Made by a program: the position numbers and the translations under genes. The notes beneath the pieces were generated by a model that was not told where the DNA came from, did no database searches, and saw only the letters and a list, made by a program, of their open reading frames with translations. Positions 29,949-40,317 of a stretch of 64,000 nucleotides of DNA are shown one piece after another. Source of the stretch: Candidatus Magasanikiibacteriota bacterium (GTDB lineage Bacteria; Patescibacteriota; Patescibacteriia; Magasanikbacterales; GWA2-37-8); NCBI GenBank assembly GCA_030650025.1, contig JAUSEN010000025.1:601-64600 (forward strand), given 5' to 3'. The stretch's first letter is position 1; every line of letters begins with the position of its first letter.

Positions 29949-29975
29949 AAAAAATCCCGCTTTGCGGGATTTTTT
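29949..29975. terminator. Bidirectional intrinsic terminator (tRNA-like RNA / groEL)
   Basis: AAAAAATCCCGC-TTT-GCGGGATTTTTT. Confidence 0.85.
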
Positions 29976-29998
29976 GATTGATTAAAAATATTTTTGCT

Positions 29999-31654
<1,656 letters not shown>

Positions 31655-31673
31655 TTAATTATTTTTATTTAAT

Positions 31674-31985
31674 TTACTCAACCATCGCGATAACATCGCT
31701 CTTGTCTTCTTCTTTACCGACGTACAAAATCTTGTATTCCTCTTCATCCTTGCCTTTGCCGAGCTTAACTTCTTCGCCGCCCCACTTCTTATACATAACT
31801 CTATCCCCAACTTTTAAACCCATTTTTTTAACTTCTTCTCCCGTGCCAATGGCGATAACTGTGCCGTAGGCCTTTTTTTCTTTATCCATAGTTTGGGGAA
31901 GCACGATCCCCGAGGCGGTGACTGCTTCTTCTGAATCTGGCTTAACTAAAATGCGGTCCCCGAGCGGTTTGATGTTCATAGACAT
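31674..31985 (-). CDS. groS: Co-chaperonin GroES
   Basis: IKPLGDRILV, TASGIVLP; upstream of groL. Confidence 0.97.
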   Translation of the reverse strand: MSMNIKPLGDRILVKPDSEEAVTASGIVLPQTMDKEKKAYGTVIAIGTGEEVKKMGLKVGDRVMYKKWGGEEVKLGKGKDEEEYKILYVGKEEDKSDVIAMVE

Positions 31986-32039
31986 ATTTTTTAACTATAT
32001 AAATTGTTAGTTAAAATAAGCAAATTTAATCGACCCTTA

Positions 32040-32066
32040 TTATCACTCCTGGTGTTTGAGTGCTAA
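32040..32066. promoter_or_regulatory. CIRCE operator (HrcA) upstream of groSL
   Basis: TTATCACTC-N9-GAGTGCTAA, one mismatch to TTAGCACTC-N9-GAGTGCTAA. Confidence 0.9.
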
Positions 32067-32176
32067 ATGTTTCTGCATTTTACAGTAATAAAAAAAACTG
32101 TCAAGAGGGGTGCCGCTAGCAATTTGTCCACAGACTTTGTATAATCATTGTATTCATTCAAACTCCTGTTATTCAT

Positions 32177-32848
32177 ATGGCTTTTAGTGAAGTTGAGGCA
32201 TTTCTTACTGGGGAACCATGGGTCCCATTTGAAAACCGGCCTAAGCTCGAATTACCTTCCCCGAGTGAGCGGCGAGCTCTTTTTGAAGAAGGACGTTTTG
32301 ATTTGGCGAATCGGGCGCGAGCTCAAATGACGCGCGGCGTTTCTTATCGCGAATTTAAAGTAGGTTGTTCAGTGCTGGCGTGGCACCCAACCGAGGGGCC
32401 AATCCTTTATGATGCCTATAATTTTAAACCAGTAAAAAAAGAGGAGAAGGGCGAAGCCAAACGTTGCGCCGAAAGAAACGCCATCCGTTTTGCAGAACAA
32501 GACGGCTGTGTTAAAATTATCGCTATCGTAACGGCTTCCCGAGAAAAGAGTGTTAGCGAGAAATATGACCACGATGTGCTGCACCCGTGCGAAGAATGCA
32601 GGTCGTTATTTAGAACTGTTCCGGCGATTGACCAAGATACGATTGTGTATAACATTCTCGATACCACGCCGCCACTACCGGACGAGGAAATAGCCCAGCA
32701 TAGAAAAGCGGTGATGGATTTTGTGGCTAGCACTTCTTTACCTCTTCCGGACAACACTATAATTCACCCGCCACTTAACACTGAATTCGATATCATGGCT
32801 GAAGAAAGAACGATGCAAGAACTGCAGGAGCTATACCGCGAAAAATAG
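32177..32848 (+). CDS. Cytidine deaminase-like Zn protein
   Basis: SYREFKVGC, CAERNAI, HPCEECR. Confidence 0.75.
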   Translation: MAFSEVEAFLTGEPWVPFENRPKLELPSPSERRALFEEGRFDLANRARAQMTRGVSYREFKVGCSVLAWHPTEGPILYDAYNFKPVKKEEKGEAKRCAERNAIRFAEQDGCVKIIAIVTASREKSVSEKYDHDVLHPCEECRSLFRTVPAIDQDTIVYNILDTTPPLPDEEIAQHRKAVMDFVASTSLPLPDNTIIHPPLNTEFDIMAEERTMQELQELYREK

Positions 32849-32856
32849 AAGACAGT

Positions 32857-34236
32857 TTATTCTGCGGATGATCTGCCGAGGCCAAGAGCCAAGACTCCCC
32901 ACCAGAGCATTTGGCCGGCATATAAACTCCACCAAAAATGGTCAAATAAAGCGGCTGCCAGCATGGCGGCAATAACCGCCAGCCAGAGCGGGTTTTGTTT
33001 TTTAATAAGGTTAATTATTGAGAAGCTTAAAAAAAACAGCAAAACAAAACCCAACAACCCGAGCTCGGCAAAAATTAGTAAATAAGTGTTGTGCACCTGG
33101 TCATAGGCCCAGCTAGAAAAATTTGGGTTATATTGCCGCAAGGCATATGTATAAAGCCCGGGGCCAGCGCCGAGCAGGAAATTCCGCGGAGTGGCGGATA
33201 TGAGCGCAGTCCAAGTACTTACTTGAGAAAAGCGGTCATTGATAGAACGCGCTTCGAGGGGGCCAGAGCCGGAGAGCCGCGTGGTAATAAGCGGCGAATA
33301 AATTGTGGCCAAAAGTAATGCCGTGGCGCCCAAAATAAACAAATTCCAGCGCCAAGCTATTTTTTGATATTTAACAACCTCGGGAGAATTTTGACGGCGC
33401 CAAATTATTATTCCTAAATAGACTAGGCCAGCGATTAAACCAACCCAGGCGCTCCGCGAAAAAGAAAAAAATAGGCCAGCGCTAATAAAAATTTGACCGA
33501 CCGCGAGCCCGAGCCGCTCGCGAACAGTTTTTACATGTAACGTTAAAATTACGCCTACTAAAAAGGCCGTTGCTAAAAATGCGCCCAGAATATTGGGCGA
33601 AGGAAAGGCGCCGTAAGCACGTAGCCACCTCTCGACTCCGCCTACAGCTGCGCTCGAGATGCCTACGGCACCAGTCTCAATTACGAAATCTCCTAAATTA
33701 GCGGCTGAATGCGCGGCGAGGCCAAGCCATTTGCTCGCCATCACGCTTTGCGAAAAAAATTGCCAAATAGCGAGTAACCCCTGCCCTACCCCGCCGAGCC
33801 AGAAAGCGTAAAGCGCGCGGCGATTTTCGCTTTGAGTCAAGGTTAACTCGTGAACTATAACAATTAAACACAGACCCTCCAGGACCCTAAAAATCGTATT
33901 ATACGAAATATCGGGAAACGGACTCAAGAATAGATAAAACGCCAGTAATAAAAAAATGCTGATTAAAATAATTAAGCGAGAAAAATTTTTGCTAAGATTA
34001 ATTTTTTCTAAAACTTGCGCCCAGGAGCGGCGCGAAAAAATTATCGGGAGGCCCACCCCCAAGATCACTACCCACAAAATTAATTCCGTGGCATAAAGGC
34101 TAGAGCGGCCATATTCCAGCAAACGGCCGCTAAAAAATGAGCTCTCGCTGTATATCAACCGCGTTTGCCAGGGGAGCAAAAATAAAAAGGAGTATAGAAA
34201 ATATAAAATTATTTGACGGGTTTTCGTTAGATTCAT
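32857..34236 (-). CDS. O-antigen ligase family membrane protein
   Basis: RAYGAFPSPNILG, FSFSRSAW, VHNTYLLIFAELGLLG. Confidence 0.85.
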   Translation of the reverse strand: MNLTKTRQIILYFLYSFLFLLPWQTRLIYSESSFFSGRLLEYGRSSLYATELILWVVILGVGLPIIFSRRSWAQVLEKINLSKNFSRLIILISIFLLLAFYLFLSPFPDISYNTIFRVLEGLCLIVIVHELTLTQSENRRALYAFWLGGVGQGLLAIWQFFSQSVMASKWLGLAAHSAANLGDFVIETGAVGISSAAVGGVERWLRAYGAFPSPNILGAFLATAFLVGVILTLHVKTVRERLGLAVGQIFISAGLFFSFSRSAWVGLIAGLVYLGIIIWRRQNSPEVVKYQKIAWRWNLFILGATALLLATIYSPLITTRLSGSGPLEARSINDRFSQVSTWTALISATPRNFLLGAGPGLYTYALRQYNPNFSSWAYDQVHNTYLLIFAELGLLGFVLLFFLSFSIINLIKKQNPLWLAVIAAMLAAALFDHFWWSLYAGQMLWWGVLALGLGRSSAE

Positions 34237-34351
34237 ATTTTCGAGCTAGTACAATTGACAAGTATTTTTTCGCTTTTCTCGTGCGCGAGCACTCGAGGCG
34301 ACCCGCCTTGGGCGGGTCAAACCCGCTCGAAAACTCTCATCGCCTTAATAC

Positions 34352-35278
34352 TCAAATTAACAAATCGCCACATTTGGCCAGCCATTTATCGCGCAGAACG
34401 CGGCGGAGGTCGTGCTCGTGAAATTTCAAAATACCATCGGCGATGATAACGTTTTTATCGGGTTTTTTGGCGGCATCTTTGAGAGCGTAAGATAATTTCA
34501 TCAGCTGGATTTTTTTGGTGTCATTTTCAATAATGTTACCATAACTTCCGCGCCACATGGGCTCGGCCAGACGCTGCCACAACCCTGGTTTGCCAAGAGC
34601 GGGCGGCAGGATGGCGCCTTTGGCGTTGGGTAAAAACTTATCTAGCCAGCGGTTGGTTTTTAAAATTTGGGCGTAAAAAGCTTCGGGGTCAAAGAGCGGA
34701 ATAAGGGTAAGCGCCCAGTATGCCAAGTAAACGTCGTCTGGCGCAATGGCGAGAGGAGATAAATCCAAATGTTTGGAATCCAAAAAAAATGACAGGCAAA
34801 TTTTATTGGCCGAATGTAATTTGCCAATGCGCTGGAGAGTCAATTTTAAAATTAGGTTGGCAAAAAAGCGCGCTACCCAAATGCGCCCCGGAACGGTGAT
34901 GATAAACAGATCAATATCGCTCTTTTCGCGGGGCGAACCGAATGCTACCGAATTGCAAACAAAGACCGCTTTAATAAAAGGGACTTGGCGGAGCCACTTG
35001 ACCGCGGCCCTAGCCCTTTTAATTTTTTGGTCGCTGATGGCCACGCGCCGCCGGCGTTCCTCGACTATTGTTTCTCGGCCGCTTAAAAAATAATAACCGA
35101 ATTTATTGCCAATTTTCTCCGGCGGCAGATTGTCTAATATATTTTCCAATTCTAGTTTGCCGGCAGAGGGCGGCGACCAAGCGTAGCGAAAAATTTCTTC
35201 CCTGGTTAAGGGCAGATCGAATAAATCAAAAAAACTCAAGGCCCTAATAATTGACTCTAAAAAAACACCTTGGTTCAT
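34352..35278 (-). CDS. Nucleotidyltransferase-fold protein
   Basis: CNSVAFG...SDIDLFII...KICLSFF. Confidence 0.7.
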   Translation of the reverse strand: MNQGVFLESIIRALSFFDLFDLPLTREEIFRYAWSPPSAGKLELENILDNLPPEKIGNKFGYYFLSGRETIVEERRRRVAISDQKIKRARAAVKWLRQVPFIKAVFVCNSVAFGSPREKSDIDLFIITVPGRIWVARFFANLILKLTLQRIGKLHSANKICLSFFLDSKHLDLSPLAIAPDDVYLAYWALTLIPLFDPEAFYAQILKTNRWLDKFLPNAKGAILPPALGKPGLWQRLAEPMWRGSYGNIIENDTKKIQLMKLSYALKDAAKKPDKNVIIADGILKFHEHDLRRVLRDKWLAKCGDLLI

Positions 35279-35283
35279 AGTTC

Positions 35284-35991
35284 TTAGGTCGAAGGAGTTT
35301 CACCTTTGTCTGCTATTTCCGCTTCCTCGGAATTAAGCAAAAATACAAACTCTTCGCCGCCTATCATAACCTTCCAGCCAAAAAAATCACCGTCGCCGTG
35401 GCCCGGAGTAGCTTCTTTGGTATGGTAAATATCATCAACTTTTACTCTTTCTAAACCTCTAAGGGGGCCAAAAATTCGGCGTAAATTTTCCTGCCTGGTT
35501 CCCTGCTCAATCAAAAAGTAACGATCGGCGTGCTGCACTCCGGCAATGTTTTCTAGTTCCGATGGGAGTTCAGTATTAGTTACTACTGCTAGGCGATCGC
35601 TGTTATTAATAAACAGGTTGGCAATGGCCATATTACTGCGCAGTTCAAATTGAGTTTGCTCTCTGGCGGTTTTCCCAATAGCGGTTAAATCGGCAACGTC
35701 CACTTCTGAATTCTCCCCGCTCTCAAGCAAAGAATCTTTAATTTTAGCAACAGCCGCGCTTTCTGTCTGCTGGCGGAGAGCATCGAGTTTCGGAGAGATA
35801 TCTCGTTCCCAGCTAAATTCGCGTGTGGTTAATGCCGCGCCGTTGGGACCTAAAAAATGGCGATACCGATCGGAGCGAAAACGAGCCACGTGCTCTAGGT
35901 TTACCCCCGGAATTCCTCTCCAATCCCCGCCGTGCCTCGCTTCCCCCTCCGGCCGCGGTCCACCTCGCTCCATAGAATTAGCGTTACTCAT
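35284..35991 (-). CDS. Hypothetical protein
   Basis: 235-aa ORF packed in operon. Confidence 0.6.
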   Translation of the reverse strand: MSNANSMERGGPRPEGEARHGGDWRGIPGVNLEHVARFRSDRYRHFLGPNGAALTTREFSWERDISPKLDALRQQTESAAVAKIKDSLLESGENSEVDVADLTAIGKTAREQTQFELRSNMAIANLFINNSDRLAVVTNTELPSELENIAGVQHADRYFLIEQGTRQENLRRIFGPLRGLERVKVDDIYHTKEATPGHGDGDFFGWKVMIGGEEFVFLLNSEEAEIADKGETPST

Positions 35992-35995
35992 AGAT

Positions 35996-36304
35996 TTATT
36001 TTTCTTCCGCCATAGAAGCGGCGCCTCCCAAGGCGGATTGTGAAGCCAGGTTTTTAACTACCGAAGAGCGCGTGCCAGGCTCTGCCAGCGAGGCGTCGTA
36101 TACAATTAAACGATCGGCTAATATTTGTTTAACTTGATTGGGTTTTATCAATTTTTCACCACCCGCAAAAAACCCGACCCGCACCAGATAAGCATTGATC
36201 GCGTGCGCCTCGCAATCGAGCGTGGCATCAACTACTTTACCGATCTTAACGCCAGACTCTGTCACAACCGGAAGCCCCAAAAGGTTGCGGAGAGTGATTT
36301 GCAT
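35996..36304 (-). CDS. PRC-barrel domain protein
   Basis: LLGLPVVTESGVKIGKVVD. Confidence 0.8.
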   Translation of the reverse strand: MQITLRNLLGLPVVTESGVKIGKVVDATLDCEAHAINAYLVRVGFFAGGEKLIKPNQVKQILADRLIVYDASLAEPGTRSSVVKNLASQSALGGAASMAEEK

Positions 36305-36313
36305 ACTAAATCT

Positions 36314-37096
36314 CTATTTTTTAATCTCGAGCGCGGTCGCGGGCACATCCGAAACTACTGAAACTGCTAAGGCTTTATTTTTTTGTCGCGAAAAAAGAAT
36401 CATTTGTTGGGCGACCATTAAGGCCGTGCTAAAAAACCAATAAAGCGTAAGGCCGGCCTGAAGCTTCATACCGATAATCACAGTCATAGCAGGCATGAGA
36501 TATAACATTTGTTTGTTCATCATGGCCATCATGTTCTCGTCTTTGCCGCCAGCTCCAGCGGCCGGCGGGGAGGGTTTCCGAATCATCATTTTGGCTTGCC
36601 AGAATTGAGCGGCGCCAGCGAGCACCGCGAGCGCGATACTAGGTTTGGCGAGATCAAAAAAACCCAGAGACATTTGTTTGATTACTTCGGGATTATGCAC
36701 AAACGGATACAAATTGGCCGCGAGGTTTTGGCCAGCGAGCCCATCGCGCAACACCAAGTACAGCGCGATCAAGATCGGCAGTTGGATTAAAATAGGCAAA
36801 CAGCTCGTGAGCGGGTTGACCTTGTGCTCTTTGTAAAGCTTCATGGTCTCTTGCGCTAGGCGCTGTTGATCGGAGCCAAACTCTTTTTTAAGCGCGTCCA
36901 TTTTGGGCTGGAGCTCTTGCATGGATTTTTGCGCTTTAATCGACGAGTTGGTGAGCGGGTACAAAACTAACCGGATAATTATCGTGATAACCAAAATTAC
37001 AATGCCAACATCGTGCCCGGGAATAATATTATAGAGTACGACAAAAGCATTAAAAATCGGTTTATACAAAATTGCGTTAAATAAAGCCATGAACAT
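36314..37096 (-). CDS. yidC: Membrane protein insertase YidC/Oxa1
   Basis: IRLVLYPL, MQELQPKM, LYKEHKVNP, CLPILIQLPI, GLTLYW. Confidence 0.93.
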   Translation of the reverse strand: MFMALFNAILYKPIFNAFVVLYNIIPGHDVGIVILVITIIIRLVLYPLTNSSIKAQKSMQELQPKMDALKKEFGSDQQRLAQETMKLYKEHKVNPLTSCLPILIQLPILIALYLVLRDGLAGQNLAANLYPFVHNPEVIKQMSLGFFDLAKPSIALAVLAGAAQFWQAKMMIRKPSPPAAGAGGKDENMMAMMNKQMLYLMPAMTVIIGMKLQAGLTLYWFFSTALMVAQQMILFSRQKNKALAVSVVSDVPATALEIKK

Positions 37097-37105
37097 AATA
37101 ATTTA

Positions 37106-38335
37106 TTATTCGGATTTAGACTCTTCGGATTTAACTTCGGAAGTAGCGTCTGCGGTTGGGGCAACGCTCTCTTCGACCGGAGCCACAACTTCTGGCGGCG
37201 CGCCCGCTTGCAGAACGTTAATGCGCCAGCCCGTGAGCTCCGAAGCCAAGCGCACATTTTGGCCATTGCGGCCAATGGACAGCGAGTATTGCTCGGGGGC
37301 AACGGTAACATTGGCGGACTTTCCTTCTTCGTTGAGTTCCACGTCCACTACTTTGGCGGGAGAGAGCGCGTGCATAACATATTCGCGCTGGTCCTCGCTC
37401 CAAAGGACAATATCGATTTTCTCGCCGCCTAATTCTTCGATAATCGTATTAATGCGGCCGCCGCGCTGTCCAATGCAAGAACCGATGGGGTCAATTTGGG
37501 GGTCAGTAGCAAACACGGCCACTTTGCTGCGCCAGCCGGCATCGCGGGCAATGCCTTTGATTTCAATCTTACCATCCTGCAGTTCAGGAATTTCTTGCTT
37601 AAAAATTTCGGCTACCATGCCGGTATGGGCGCGCGAGAGAATAATTTCCGGGCCGCGCGCGGTCATCTCAACGGCGATAACATAAAACTTCAGGCGGGCG
37701 CCGGGGCGGTAGTGCTCGTTATAAATGGCCTGATCGCCCGGCATGATGCCGGTGACTTTGCCTAAATCCACTAAAACTTTGCGGCCTTCGGCGCGCTGGA
37801 CAGTGCCCATAATAATCTGGCCTTCTTGACCTTTAAAATCGCCAAACACCATAGTGCGCTCGGCCTCGCGCACTTTTTGAATAATCACCTGTTTGGCGGT
37901 TTGCGCGGCCATGCGCCCAAAAGCATGCGGGATCTCAAGCGGAATCTCCAAGACTTCGGTGATCTTAGCGTTCTTTTTGAAGCCCTTAGCCTCGGAGAGC
38001 ATGACTTCGGTCTTGGGGTTGAAGCGCGGCAGATCCGCGGTTTCTTCTTCGGTTAACTCGCGATCTTCTTCTCTGGCCTTTTCCCGGCGCGCCGAGAGTT
38101 CTTCTTGGGCCTTCTCTAAAGTATCGGGGTCGATATCATCCACCACGGTTTTAATGTCCCAAGCCTGCATATCGCCCGTGTCGGGGTCGAATTTTACTTT
38201 AATGTTTTGCTGTTTGTTGCCAAAATCTTTGCGATAGGCGGCGGCAAGGGCGGCTTCGATAGTTTCCATGACGGCTTCGTAAGACAAATTTTTTTCATCG
38301 CAGAGCGACTGAATGGCTTTAGTAATTTCGGACAT
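37106..38335 (-). CDS. nusA: Transcription factor NusA
   Basis: FGRMAAQTAKQVI, ARDAGWRSKVAV, IGRNGQNVRLAS; start trimmed to MSEIT. Confidence 0.97.
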   Translation of the reverse strand: MSEITKAIQSLCDEKNLSYEAVMETIEAALAAAYRKDFGNKQQNIKVKFDPDTGDMQAWDIKTVVDDIDPDTLEKAQEELSARREKAREEDRELTEEETADLPRFNPKTEVMLSEAKGFKKNAKITEVLEIPLEIPHAFGRMAAQTAKQVIIQKVREAERTMVFGDFKGQEGQIIMGTVQRAEGRKVLVDLGKVTGIMPGDQAIYNEHYRPGARLKFYVIAVEMTARGPEIILSRAHTGMVAEIFKQEIPELQDGKIEIKGIARDAGWRSKVAVFATDPQIDPIGSCIGQRGGRINTIIEELGGEKIDIVLWSEDQREYVMHALSPAKVVDVELNEEGKSANVTVAPEQYSLSIGRNGQNVRLASELTGWRINVLQAGAPPEVVAPVEESVAPTADATSEVKSEESKSE

Positions 38336-38475
38336 AAGAATTTGCGGACAAATTCTCTCCACTCGCGTGGAGCGATTTATCCATTAGTTAACGTGGCAAT
38401 ATTATACCACAAAATAATTAAACAAAAAAGCGACTGTGTTAACAGTTGCTTTATAATGAGTTTACTATAACAGGT

Positions 38476-39459
38476 TTATAAAATTATGTCAATATCGCCT
38501 AAAATATCGGTACGTAAGATATTCGCCCCAGCACGCTCTAAATGCTTGATAACTCTGGGGCTCGGGTGGCCGAATTTATTTTTCTGGCCAGATGAAATTA
38601 TGGCTGTTCTAGGATTAACTTTGCTTAAAAAATCCTCGCCGCTCGAGCTGTTGCTCCCGTGATGCCCGACTTTTAAGATGTCAGATTTTAGAGTAGGGCA
38701 ACCAGCACTAGACCCCACCCTCGCCCTCCCCTTTGCTAAGGGGAGGGGAATCGTTGGTGTAGTTACTGATGGCTCTCCCCTCCTTAGCAAAGGAGGGGTT
38801 GGGGGAGGTTTGGCTACACTGCAATATTTCTCTATCAACACTTGCTCGAGCGGTTCTTCGGCGTCGCCGGTAAATAAAAAAGTTTTTCCACTCGGCGCCG
38901 TTAATTTAAACACTATTGAATAATTATTACTTTCGGCGTCCGCGAGCGGCAAGCCCAAATCTTCACCCGGCGACAAAAATTCGAGCGTACTGCTCGCGAT
39001 TTCCAGTTTAGCGAATCCATTGACAACCACCTGGCGAGCCCGACTCGCTTCTACAGTGGCATTAAACTCTCGCCAGTATGGATTATATTCTTTGGATTGG
39101 CCATTCAAAATAATAGTGCCCACCTGGTAGCGGCGCAAAACTTCAACGCAACCGCCATAATGGTCTAGATCCGGATGGGTGACTAATAAATAATCAATTT
39201 TTTTGTTAAACATGGGCAAGGCACGGCCTAGTTTAAACAAAATTGTTTTATCCGGGCCACAATCAACTAACATCTTTTCATCATTGCCAAAATTTATTAA
39301 ACTGCTGTCGCCTTGGCCGACATCAAAAAAAGTAACGCGAAATTTTTTATCTTGCTCGTTCTCTTTCTCTAGATAGCTAACAAACAAAAAAATTGTGCTG
39401 GACAACACGCAAATAATTATAAATACCCAAAATAAATTTTTGTTTTTCTGCATAAGCAT
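38476..39459 (-). CDS. ComEC/Rec2-like metallo-beta-lactamase domain protein with in-frame repeat insertion
   Basis: FDVGQGDS, THPDLDHYGG, FTGDAE, KVGHHGS, FGHP. Confidence 0.9.
   Translation of the reverse strand: MLMQKNKNLFWVFIIICVLSSTIFLFVSYLEKENEQDKKFRVTFFDVGQGDSSLINFGNDEKMLVDCGPDKTILFKLGRALPMFNKKIDYLLVTHPDLDHYGGCVEVLRRYQVGTIILNGQSKEYNPYWREFNATVEASRARQVVVNGFAKLEIASSTLEFLSPGEDLGLPLADAESNNYSIVFKLTAPSGKTFLFTGDAEEPLEQVLIEKYCSVAKPPPTPPLLRRGEPSVTTPTIPLPLAKGRARVGSSAGCPTLKSDILKVGHHGSNSSSGEDFLSKVNPRTAIISSGQKNKFGHPSPRVIKHLERAGANILRTDILGDIDIIL
38713..38808. mobile_element. C-tail hairpin doublet in frame in the ComEC-MBL gene
   Basis: Units 38713-38748 (+) and 38773-38808 (-); 38710-38753 identical to 52845-52888. 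Confidence 0.85.
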
Positions 39460-39468
39460 AGACAGTTT

Positions 39469-39559
39469 TGTCATTTCGACCGAGCCCGCAGGGCGAGCGG
39501 AGAAATCTCTGTCCAATTTATTAAGAGAGAGAGATTCCTCCTGCGACGTCGGAATGACA
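39469..39559. repeat. TGTCAT-tagged palindromic doublet (variant), intergenic
   Basis: TGTCATTTCGAC...GAAATCTCT / AGAGATTCC...GTCGGAATGACA. Confidence 0.75.
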
Positions 39560-39563
39560 GGCT

Positions 39564-40214
39564 CTATTTGCTCGCTAACAAAATTTGATTAATCCACCCT
39601 GCACCAGGCGCGCCAACGCGCGCCGATGCAGGGCTCTGCTCTTCTCTTGTGCGCACAATTATCTCTTTCTCTACGGTAAACGCCAAAGCTTCTAAGATGC
39701 CTCGAATTTGCTCGGGGCGGTGGTAATAAGACTCAATCAAGATGGGGCCGTATTTAGTCTTAACCTCCGGCGGTTTTCGTTGGTTAATATTGGTAACCAA
39801 AAATTGCCCCTTGTCTTTTAAAACGCGATGCACTTCGGTAAAAAAAACCGCGGGGTCTTTAAGGTGCACAATTAAAAATGCGGCCGTTACTAAATCAAAG
39901 TGATTATTCGGAAACGGAAGGCTCTCGGCATCAGCTAAAATAGTTTGAATCTTATTATTTTTTTTGGAAATTTTAGAGAGCATTTGCGCCGAAATATCGA
40001 GCGCCGTTACCGTGGCCCCTAATTTTAAAAGCTGGAGCGACAGCCGCCCCGTGCCCGCGCCAACATCCAGCACCCTCTGGCCAGTTAAATCCCCAAGCGT
40101 CGGGAGGATTTTTCCTTTCTCAAAACTATCTAAAAATTTTTCTTTGGCATCATAATAAGGCGCGGCTAGGTCGTAACCGTGGGCGCTGTCTAAAAGCGGA
40201 ATTTTTTTAGGCAT
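39564..40214 (-). CDS. Class I SAM-dependent methyltransferase
   Basis: VLDVGAGTG, ALDISAQML, DAESLPF, RVLK. Confidence 0.9.
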   Translation of the reverse strand: MPKKIPLLDSAHGYDLAAPYYDAKEKFLDSFEKGKILPTLGDLTGQRVLDVGAGTGRLSLQLLKLGATVTALDISAQMLSKISKKNNKIQTILADAESLPFPNNHFDLVTAAFLIVHLKDPAVFFTEVHRVLKDKGQFLVTNINQRKPPEVKTKYGPILIESYYHRPEQIRGILEALAFTVEKEIIVRTREEQSPASARVGAPGAGWINQILLASK

Positions 40215-40317
40215 ATGATTTGACAAAATCATGCAATTTAACGAAATTGTGTCGAGTTGCGTCCTTTAAAACTCGACCCGCGCAATGTCATTTGAAGCGC
40301 GGCGCAAGTGGTCTTAA

